In this document: positions 7,828 through 19,800 of the stretch, one piece after another
How positions within the stretch are numbered: position 1 is the stretch's first letter
Layout of the letters: each line of letters starts with the position of its first letter
Assembly (NCBI GenBank): GCA_965235115.1
Contig: OZ249440.1
Coordinates: forward strand, 21,080,001 to 21,144,000
Source of the DNA: Laetmonice hystrix
Taxonomy: Eukaryota
Direction: 5' to 3'
DNA length: 64,000 nucleotides
Position numbers and translations under genes: made by a program
The notes under the pieces: generated by a model
The model's database searches: none
What the model was told of the DNA's origin: nothing
What the model saw: only the letters and a program-made list of their open reading frames with translations

Positions 7828-10800
7828 CTGTCCACAATAGAAATGATAATCGTTATTAGAAAATGGTAAGATTCATCACACTTTGTTCGGCTCCCTGTGG
7901 GTGATTAGGACGCGTTATACCGGTTCAAGTCAACGACTATTCAAAGGATGTAATCCTAACGGCTGTCGAATTCATTCAATCAGTTAGCCAGGGGAGAAAA
8001 TGTTTGCGTCACAACTGGTTTAATATCATATTCGATTCAAAGTAAGTCGTGGAAAATCAGTTTAACTATGGTAACAAAGTGATATTATACACAATGGACC
8101 TGTGACAATCCCGGCTTTCATGTCCAACCACTGAGTGAAAAAAACATGTGTTCAAGTAATAAACTAAATATCCCTGGCTGCTGACCTCTGAGGACGGTGA
8201 GGAAGGCCTTCCTGAAGCTGTAGTATCCCATACTGTTGGCAGCCAGACATATGTACATTCCCGCGTCTTTCTCTGTCACCTTGTGGATGACAAGTTTGTT
8301 GAGGTAGGATCCGTCACGTTGAGGGTACACTTTGTCCGTCTTGAGTACCCGGAACCGGCTACCCTTGACGATGATGGTTGTGTTCGGGTTGAGAACTCGC
8401 TGGTCCGGCTCGATTAGCTTCAGCCACTAGTGTGGGGAAAACAGACGGTGTTAATATGACAGGTCACCTGGCGTGGGGGACAGGAACGGTATAATCAACA
8501 TAGGTCACCGGCCATCTTCAGCCGCTAGTGTACGGCAAACAGACGGTATTATTATAACGGGTCACCGGCCGACTTGAGGCGGTCAGAAACAACAGTCTGG
8601 CGGTCTGGACGGTAGATCAGATTGGTGCTACCTTTATAACGGCGAGTCTATATATGTTATCATAGAATGATATACTCCAAACCTGATCATTTATCCACAT
8701 GCAAAATGAAGTAACATTGTAGAGGATTTTCATTACATAGATTTACAAAGACAGGATAATATTCGTACAATTATAGAGGGTGCCTGGTATCAAGAGTGGA
8801 CGAGGAAACACGAAAGTTTTCATTTATAATTATCCGTGTAATGACATAACGCAAGGGGTAATCAACTAGGTATTTACAATTATCTTTACAATTACAAATT
8901 ATCGTATATTTAAGAATATGACGCAGACGATTATAAAGGAATATTTGTAGGAGGCAGTTTGATTTTCATGCAGTCCATGAGAGAACGTAACTCACCAAAT
9001 ATATAAAGAGGATAAAGAATTCCAAAATGCAGACAAATTGTTAGCGGGGGTTGGAAGGGTAATGCACAAGTGGATATAAGCGAGGTTTTTTGGTGGTATT
9101 TTATCATGCAGGGTTACATGAAACTATAATTATTATAAATAGGGGGTTGTTACTAATAGTAGGTACAGAAGGAAGTTAGTTGATCTCAGATGATGAAAGA
9201 TCATAATCAAGGCTTCAGGAAATGTTTCCACATAATATCTAATGCAAGCTTTACGTCATTCAACACGTAGCATTACGTTGGCGTTAAGAAATCTCGCAAA
9301 AAGTTTTAAGAGATACTCTGAATTTGTTAGAAATGTCAACCTGCATGTAAAATAATGGTATTACATTATGTAACTTAGTAACTGGTGGCCAGAGAATAAA
9401 TTTGGCCGCGGATTCGGTTTGAGAAACCACGAGTAAACCAGCGAAATACATACATGAAAACCACATAGATGGTCATAATTAATATATGAACTCTATATGA
9501 TGTGTAACATAGACAGTGAAATACAAATATAACTGCAAACAGGACAGACATTTGGTGTAAAAACTTTCACAACTGCCATGAATTGTCTACTTTTTCCTTC
9601 TAATAATGCATGTGAAAAATACTACAATACCAAAAATACGGAACACGCGTGTCCATCAATTTTTGATCTTCTTACAAACATCATGGCAGTTGTTAACAAA
9701 CATCATGGCAGTTGTCATGGGCAGTTGTTAACCTCCACCCAAACAGGTTAATTCGGGAGTCAACACTGTAGACCTTAATACAGAATATCCTGTGAGAATT
9801 CTGCCCTCGTTTGTAGGCCTACAGTCCTTGAATCCCGAGGATTTGGGTGAAGGCTCAAAGTTCATTATGTCACGGCACACCAAGGGGTCAACAGTACTGG
9901 TTATACTCCCTTAGTGTCACGCATGGCTTGCCCCGCCCAGTCCTTACACGGGACCCACAGATACTAATTGATAATACAAAGCTTACAATACGTATCTTTA
10001 CTGTTTATAGCGGTACTCTGCTAAACCCTATTGGTTTAATACTGTGACCGTTAGCTCACGCGTGACAACAAGGGTGAATAGACAGCGCTAAACGGAGGCT
10101 CGTAAATACAGTGTTTTGCTCAGCCACAGCCACAGCCACTAGGGGGAGTTGTAGTCAACAGTCAACCAGCAATCTTCGTATTATTGGTGCTGCAGAGGCG
10201 GTAGAAAACTAGAGCGCCATCTAGTGCAAGTGTCGGAGTTGGAGGGATACAACTTGTACCTGTATGTGAGGCTGAGTTTCACTCTTCACTTTGCACTGAA
10301 AGGAAGCCACGCCCCCCTGCAGGGCGGTGCTGTTTTCTGGGTGAGGCGCCACCAGCAATGGCTTTGAATGAATCTGGTCTGCAAAAAATGGCAAAAGGCG
10401 ATTACAGTATAGTCTAAAAACACGGAGCTCACCTTGACGGTTGGGGCGACTTCAGACTGGATGTCACATTGGAAGGCGGCTACATCGCCATAGCTGGCAG
10501 TGGCGTTCACAGGTTGGGACTTAATGAGAGGTTTTGTGTACATGTCTGCAAAAATTGTCAGGTGGTACATGCACAGAAGAGAAAACTCACAAAAACACCA
10601 CTAGGCGTACAATGTAGAAAACCAATCAGAACCCGTACAGAAATAACAAATATACAAATATTTAATCAAATTAGGTTCCTTTCAGGGTGCCAACAGAGAA
10701 AACAGCGCACATAATAATTGTCAGCGCTTTAATTGAAATACTACCCAAGAAGTCAATACGAACATAACGAACATAACGAGCTTAGACATGTACACACACA

Positions 10801-13800
10801 GATTTTCACCCACATACTCCTTGAACCCACATTAAGGCAATATATTTCTAATTTAGGATTTTCACTGAAACCTGAAGAAATACGTGTGATGTGTAGTAAA
10901 TACTGTGCGCCCGTCCAAGCACACAGTGTGGGTTGGGGAGAGTCTGAGTTGTGATTGAAGTATAGCTATCCACCACTTACCGACCACGTCGACCGTGTAG
11001 GTAAAGTTGATGGCTCCAGCATGGTTGACAACCTTACACGTGTAATGTCCACTGTCCTCTCTCTGAAGGTTATGTAACCTCAGAGTCCAGTGTTGATGAC
11101 GGGACGTCTCGCCGTCCGAGTTGGCCACAACGTTACCATCCTTGAACCAGATGATGGAGGGCGGTGGGTCACCCCCGGCCTTACATTTCAACCGGAGAGC
11201 CGAGCCGACCGGTTTCTCGATTGGTTCCTGCTTCATCTGGTCCATCCGCAGGAAATGAGGCGGCGCTGTGACAACAATAAAATCTACATCACTCAATTGT
11301 TTCCACACAAACCCCTCTAATAACCGGGCAAGATTAATTTAGCATCAAAATAAAACGATCAGCGGAATCCTTATCAGGGTTAGAGAATTTCACTTTTATT
11401 TTTGGGAGGTTGGCGGTTGAAGGATTTTGGGGTATCCTGGTATAGGCACAAATCATAAGCCCCTCCTTATGGCACATACAGTGCAGTTTGTAAACCAGTG
11501 GCATCAACAGGAGGACATTTTATCCATAACAATATAACTTCCCATAGTGAAAGACCTTTTGATATCTTAGATCTGTTGTGGTTCACTCACAAAACTCACC
11601 TCCATCTTCTGGGTAAAGGTTCCCCTCCAAACCAAAAGGTGGCGTTACTGTGTCATTCGTGTCGGCTGTAAATAGACAAACCCAGACATTGAGTGGTGAT
11701 ATAGACATTATGACAAATGCGATCAAATCAAACCTCTCCTCACGATTGGAAATGTTCTGTTCCGTTTACCACCACAAGTAAATTAATAACACTGCAATCG
11801 GCCCACATCTCAGTCTCCGTGTTACAAACATTACACTATAGGGGGCGCTACCATCATACCATCTCCCTGTAAACTCACGCCCGTCCATTCGCTAAATACT
11901 ATATGCCAGGTCTCAGGCCTACTAAGAATCTATATGATCTTTAAAAAAATCCGTTCATGTATAGATCGATATGTAAGTAAGCCTAGCCTATATTCTTGCC
12001 AAGACCCTGCACTACACTGTGGTGTAGTTTACTAATCATCATGAGAGCCTCCGACTTGGCCGAATCGCCTCTTACAGTAGTGACTAATACTGTCACCAGG
12101 TGTCACACAGTTCTCGCTCCACTCACACTCTGACCCTCAGGTCTGAGCGTGGGATTACCCCCTAAGTTGGCCCATTGTTTATTATCTGAGAAAGCAGCAC
12201 GATGAGCCGCCAGTGATGGGATGGGTTATGTATGGAATCCTATCTCTGATCAATCCACCAATGCCTCCATCAGTGCCCGACATGGGATCTTACGTAAATA
12301 TGCACGTGGTGCTGATCAGGCGGTGGGGACGCGCCGTCATGACGTAAGTCACCATCGGGACGCTATCTCCAGCCGGGGGGGAGGGGGGGACGGGGTTGAG
12401 GGTGAGACCAACAAGGCCTTTCACAAACATAACACCGGATGGGGGCGGGCACATTGGTTAATCACAAAGCCCCCTTTATTAAATGAAATACCCCTGACTT
12501 CCCGTCTCCTGCAGCAAGCAGGCCCCACTCCTGACCCCAAAAAGGATAATACGTCGATTGTTACGTCACAGAGGCTACCCTATCTACACAGATTGGATTA
12601 CGGCTGCCGTCTATCTACTATCACTTCATCCAGGCTGGAACCAAAGTGTTTTCATTTCGATAATCAGATAAAGTTAGATGGCATCCGCACGTCAAGCTCT
12701 GCCAGCTTTATATATCAAACCCAATGTTCTGACTTCCTGTGATAGCAGAGACCTCTCCACAGGCAGGCAGTTGCTATGGTAATAGAGATAAACAAATAAA
12801 TGCCACCCCCAGTTTGGCCAGCAATGTTTATATGGTTAACTTGGGAGTTTGGCCACTGAAAGGGCCTAACCAGTTCGTTAGCATGGACGGAGGCGGAATG
12901 CACCGTTTGACCTCCGGAATTACGCCAACCGACATTTCAATCCCACATTTCATTACTTATTCAACTACAACAAAATACAACCGTTATTATAATATTATTC
13001 TCAGGTCTCGTTGGAGAGTACCACTCAACAACGTCTGGCCACTTTAACACAAGGAGCCTTGGACCGGGTCACTCTCAAACGTCTGTGAGAACTCACTCCA
13101 CTCGGGTAAACATCCGGGCCTTTTTACGCCCCTTATTTCTGTCTTATGTGCTAAAAATGACATTTTTAGACAATATGAACATGTATGACCACAACTCGAC
13201 TTGTATTTACTGATGATCAATATCAGTTAAATGTCACGTTAAAATGTCATCCCAACAAGAACTCGGTGTGAGTCCAACCGACGCATACATCCCCTGTTTC
13301 TCTCCAGGTGGCGCTCCATGCTCCGTCCACCAACGTTTCCCAGTCCTTTCAACCCAGGATCCATTCAGTCACTCACTCACAGATAACCCAGGATCCATTC
13401 AGTCACTCACTCACAGATAACCCAGGATCCATTCAGTCACTCACTCACAGATAACCCAGGATCCATTCAGTCACTCACTCACAGATAACCCAGGATCCAT
13501 TCAGTCACTCACTCACAGATAACCCAGGATCCATTCAGTCACTTACTCACAGATAACCCAGGATCCATTCAGTCACTCACTCACAGATAACCCATTATCC
13601 ATTCAGTCACTCACTCACAGATAACCCAGGATCCATTCAGTCACTCACTCACAGATAACCCAGGATCCATTCAGTCACTCACTCACAGATAACCCAGGAT
13701 CCATTAAGTCACTCACTCACAGATAACCGGACCTCCTTCCTTTCTACCTACTTCTCCAGCTGCCAGACACTTGCACTCATAATCTTCTTCCCTTTCCCGG

Positions 13801-16800
13801 CCTTGGAAAAATAAATCTGCCTCTCCGTGTAATGTAAACATATAAATTTATGTTTACCATTGCGCGGCCAAAGGTGGCCCTATCTTATGATGAGTGTCAG
13901 AACATCCCCTGTCTGTGTACATAAAGAGACATGACGAACTCACACAGTCCTGTTTGTACAAAGACAAGTGCGCACAACATGTATCCACTTTCAGGAAGTC
14001 ATATGTACATCGCTGGGGTGTTATTTTTCTCTCTTTTTTTATAAGTGCTATTGACACAAAACGCGATTAAACAAGGCAGTTTGGATTAGATTTTAGACTC
14101 GACAAACAATCCTTAGATACCTTGAAAGTCATAACGATTATTTAAATCACGTCAGTGTCAAGAGTTAGGTTTTATTGTCTCATCTGTACTACAAGACACT
14201 TTCTTTAACCCCCTTCTATTATTGTAGTCTAAAACCACTCTCCTACTCTTTGGGTCTGTCTCTTGCTACAATGGGAAAGATACATGAACTAGCTTCAACA
14301 TTTCCCTCTCTTTATGGATTGAAACGGCCGACAACATCCCCGCAATAGAAAACTCAAGGCATCTCCGACTCATTTATCATGCATAGGAACAGCAGATGGT
14401 GGTCCACCGTTTGCCAAGCCAAACTTCGGTTCGAACCTGTTGCCAAGCACTCCAGTGGGCGTTGTGCCTGTCAGCGGCTGCCAGCAGTGCCCAAACAGTA
14501 GTGTGTGTGGGTGTCAAGGTGAAGATCTGCAGGTGGCTGCCATGTCGCCGGACGGACGGGAGCAGACAGCCCGGTAACCGGAGTATCCGGCAGGAACCTC
14601 CTGTCCACCTGTCCGCCCGGTTACAGGTGGAGTCTGCTGCCCTCCCACCGCCGCCATCCTGTCTATACCTACCGTCAGAAAGGGCATGGGGGAGGGACAG
14701 ATCATTCACTCTACCGAGACTCCAAGTCACCAGGGGCGGGCAGCAGTCATTCCCGGTAATTACGGCGAAATCAGCGAATTTTACAACGTGTTTCAGTTCA
14801 ACCAGAAATGTACTGATGAGTTTGGTCTGATTCGTCAACACTTTCCCCATGGACACCTCCGTGAACATAAACTTCCTCTTGACAACATACCTAACCCGAA
14901 CTCGGGCGTCGGACCCGTCGGACACCAGGCTTTCATGTAAATCACACAGCTCTGAGTGTTTACAACGTGTGATAATATTTAACGTTTAAGTGAGAAACGT
15001 TTAATATTCCAGTCAAGTGTAAGGTTCACCAAGAGGGCAAGAACCATGCTCAGGCGTACCTACTGCTGAAGGCAATACAAATTTCCGACACAGTGTTTGG
15101 GCAGGCATTATGTCTACGTGTTAAACATGTTGGGTTGTTTAACCACGTGAAATCGTCGGACAGGTCTGACCACAGACAGCGGGAATATTTGTGCACCCAT
15201 CTCGTCTTGGTTCCATCAATCAAGTTTCCATAGTTTACTTCATTACTTCCTCTGTCTGGTCAAACACGGCGCTCGCCCGCCTTCCTCATTGGATTGCCGA
15301 GTTCATTGTCCGCGATGATTCAGTAATAGCTTTCCGCTCCGCATAACCCAGATTCTATTTGAACGTGGCTGCCAGAAAGGCGGCGTGTGTGGAAGTCCGA
15401 CTGCTGCTCGTATTGAGGCTGATAATGAAACATAAACACCCACAGGTTTTGCAGCTGGCTTTCTATGGATCAACCACAACAAAACACTTGCGAAACAATC
15501 AACGTCAAACCAAGAGAGCGACTCGAGGACGGACTCGCAAGGATCTAGTGCCGCGCCCTTTATGGTTGGACGGGCCTTCACACTCTGATTGGGTCTGCCC
15601 GGGATCTTTGGTCAGCCTGAAGCCACAAAACATACTTTGAACCAGGTGAACTGCTTCACAGCTCCATCTACAAACACACCTGCATGTGCTTCAAATTTGA
15701 AAGAGTTTGACTGAAATGCTGAGATTTCAGTCAGCTGAATTTGGTCTTTGTTGTAGTCATAGGAAAATGATCCCGCTGACCGACCATCCTTGTCTATGAT
15801 AGTTCTTTTCATAATAAAAGAAAATCCAACGATTAGAACCAAGTCTCCAAAAGTCCTCTACCATGTGGTAGGCTATGTAGGGACTATGTTGTAATGTAGT
15901 GTTGAGATTGACCTGGCGTATTGCAACGTTACTAAGATGAGAGGCTCTCCCGGCATGGCAGGACAGGATACGACAGCATAACGAGGCCTTGCCAGGTGGA
16001 ACCCTACATACAAATCCGCGATTCCCTTTTTCAATCCAAAATTCAGTCCATTTTGCATTTAGAGCCGACGGTCAGGTGTCAATCATATCGGGCATTGTGA
16101 AATGAGGTCCTGTCATCGACACACTCCTATCTGAGATGTAGGCCTACTGGACACGAGCCGCAAGTCGTATACACAGCTTTATATAGGCCTACTCCTAGTC
16201 GGAGAGGACATCATCAGGCCAATGTGAACGGTCCCTCGGAGAGGCTGGGCTAATCTTAATCCCTTCAATGTGACCACTTTCACTCGAGCCACCCGTCCAA
16301 CCACAGCCGACTAGCCCCCCCCCCCCCCCCCCGAATCATCACCTAAAGTAATGCTCACATTGACACTACCAACGTCGGCGTAAAAAGACTGTATTGGGTG
16401 GTGAGATGAGCTGTTAACAGTGAAGTCGACCATACAGCTGGCGTGACTCAGTCTGTCGGTTGTCTATCGTCACCTGGCCAGCCTACACAAACATACCCCA
16501 CACCCCGGGCCCACACAAACCGTACCCCGGGGGGAAGAGGGCCCAGCTCCGGCAGGAATCCTCCAATAACGGCCCTTTTGTCAGCCACAACCGTTTCATT
16601 TACAGCCACCGGGAATATGGCTACTGTGGGCCATTGTGCCGTTCTATATCTCACCATCCATGTCCCCGTTCTGTCGTGTCGTTACCACCTGAAGGGTAAA
16701 GACATTCTGCCTTACTGTGGGCCAGGCAGAGTCTGCCTTACTGTGGGCCAGGCAGAGTCTGCCTTACTGTGGGCCAGGCAGTCTGCCTTACTGTGGGCCA

Positions 16801-19800
16801 GGCAGAGTCTGCCTTACTGTGGGCCAGGCAGAGTCTGCCTTACTGTGGGCCAGGCAGAGTCTGCCTTACTGTGGGCCAGGCAGTCTGCCTTACTGTGGGC
16901 CAGGCAGAGTCTGCCTTACTGTGGGCCAGGCAGAGTCTGCCTTACTGTGGGCCAGGCAGAGTCTGCCTTACTGTGGGCCAGGCAGAGTCTGCCTTACTGT
17001 GGGCCAGGCAGAGTCTGCCTTACTGTGGGCCAGGCAGTCTGCCTTACTGTGGGCCAGGCAGAGTCTGCCTTACTGTGGGCCAGGCAGAGTCTGCCTTACT
17101 GTGGGCCAGGCAGAGTCTGCCTTACTGTGGGCCAGGCAGAGTCTGCCTTACTGTGGGCTAGGCAGGATTCGTCTGGTGGTCAGGACGGCAGTTAGAACGG
17201 GTCGCTGCAGGTCCATGGAGAGGTGCTCCCGGTCAAGAGAGATGTACATTTTTCACGACATATTGTTAGACAAATTTATCAACAGCACAACTCTCTTGAT
17301 GCTGGAGGGTGAGGCAGTCGTGTCAACCTCACTCAATAAAGCGCTACCAGCCAGCAAGAGAGGCCTCTCAGTCTTTAACCGTACAAAGATGAATGAAGCA
17401 GTATCACATCTCCCAAAAGAGAGATATATGTATTCCCATCGGAAAGAGCGTTGTATCAAAAGGCAACCTATACTTCTCTGTCGACATTATTCTAAACTTT
17501 AAGATCAAAGACAAATAATTATTGTAAGGCTTACAAATTGATGCCGATCTCATTTGATCTACTACAAAATGTCATTCCAACACAAAAATGCATTTCATTC
17601 AACAGTCACATTATCATTATTATCCTGTGTCCGAACATGTGTTTGAGTATTCCAGTAAAAGTACTGATATCACCCATTAATGTAAATCTGCTTCTGTTGA
17701 TTTTATGACTCATAAATTATGTATCTAACTACAAAGGATATGCATGAAAACCTTTCGTCAGTGGTGCATTCAGTGTGAAGTCCGCCCCCCGAGCTACCAC
17801 TGCTCTGCTTACCGAGGAGAAAAACGGGCCAGTTTATCACGCCAATCTCAGCGTGATTCATATCAAGATTTCACACCTTGATAAAGCAGATAATACACCA
17901 GATAATGAAGATCACAGGAATCCATAATCATACGTTTTACGGCCTAATCCCTTTGATAATCACCTGTGATCCTACCTCGTCAATAGGCACAAAAAGGCTC
18001 CCGTCTGAGCTGAAAGGGTGCAGGGCGCATGGGGTGGTGATGGGCGTAGGACTGGCGGGGGTTGCTGCTTTGTCTGGGAAGATTCATGGTTTTGTGGCGG
18101 AGTTGTTCCCATGTTTTGAAATGAATACTCATGCAGGTCTGTGGTTTGGTTTGTGATGTGGACAAGGTACCTTCGGATCAATTTATGTATTGTCGTTTGT
18201 TTTTTTAATAGAAAAAGGGGGAGTAAAGTGAAACCAAACAAAGTAGATCAAAAAAACTTAACCCCATAAAAAGAACGGTTCAAGCCAAGGATTCAACTAT
18301 ACCTTGTCCAAAGGCCATATAAACTGTTGACTATTCTGCCCTTCCTCTATGCTCAATATTGGCCGAATCAAAATACTATCAAAATATTATGTTGCTTTCT
18401 TTAGTTTCCCTGATGATCTAGTCATCTTTGTACAGGGTGATCCAAATAAAGTCATCATTGTACAGGGTGATCCAAACAAAGTCATCATTGTACAGGATGA
18501 TTCAAATAAAGTCATCATTGTACAAGGTGATCCGAATAAAGTCATCATTGTACAGGGTGATGCAAATATTTCGAGTTCTCCTACGTGTATTTATCCCATC
18601 ATAAGGTACCGTTCTCCCTGACAAGCTGACGAGTCTGTGAAGTCTGTACCTGTAACACAACCCGGCATAAATCGGCCGCAATCACTGCCACATGTGGTGG
18701 TCACAACAATAACAGACCGCTGGCTGACCTGTCCGACCCCCGGGCCAACCCAAACACGCCGGCCTGGCCGCTCCAACTGTACAAACCGGGGCACCGGTCG
18801 CACCGACCGGCCCAACGTTTGCACAGGTTTTTCTTGTTAGTTGTCAATGTGGTTTAAACAGCTACCTGTAAGGTAATGGCCTGGCTGATGTTGATGAAGT
18901 AGCAGAACCAGTTGATCCGCGCCAATTAACGGTAGATTCGGATTCTAACTACTATACATCGGGTCAGGATATGGAGAACCCTTCATTTTCACCCCCCTAC
19001 TCTATATACTGCTATATACCGCACCCATTTATTGATGTTATCAAATATGTCCGACTATGACATCAGAAGATTCTCTCCCGCAGTCCGTTTTATACAGATG
19101 AGAAGAGGCATGTTTTCCGACAAACAACTTGAAGCGCTCTCATACCGAGCGGCGCCTGATTCAGGGCGGTCCACTCAACCCCTGTGGTGATTCCCCAATC
19201 ATCAGGATCGTGTCTGATCCTACCATACTTACACTTCACTCGGAGGCTTCACTCATAGAAACCAATCACAGTTATCTAATTCACTGCGCCAACAGATCTA
19301 AACATTTTATCAGTAAAATGGGTCTGCCTGAGGAGGTCAGCGCTGTGCCTCCAAATTGTGTAAATAAGACATCTGCCTGCTTGGAGGCAATATCAAGAGA
19401 TTCCGATGGTTATCTGGCTGAACTCAATCTGCACAGACTCTCTCTCTCTCTCTCTCTCTCTCTCTTTACTATTTGCTGCCATTCAATAAAGACGAGCTTT
19501 ACAAATGACATTCTCGCTATGAATCGGGCCAATCTGGGTAAAATTCGCCGATTTTTAATTCTAGTGTTGCCGCCCTGAATGAGTGTAAAGAATTTTACAT
19601 TTTACATTCCCTCATCATATCACAGAAAGATGATAACAGATAACAGCCACATAAGCTGATAAAGAACACAGTACAAAAGAAGACCGATACCTCAGGAACC
19701 ATATAAAAGACCAAGCCTTTATATGATCACAGCCAACAGAACAAGGGCCAATCCCATGGTCTATTCCCACCTTGTTTTAATATCAACCTTACTGGTAAAT

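Noticed and set aside
16443-17502. 250-260 aa ORFs
   Set aside because: Translations of the 26-bp minisatellite cycling through frames.
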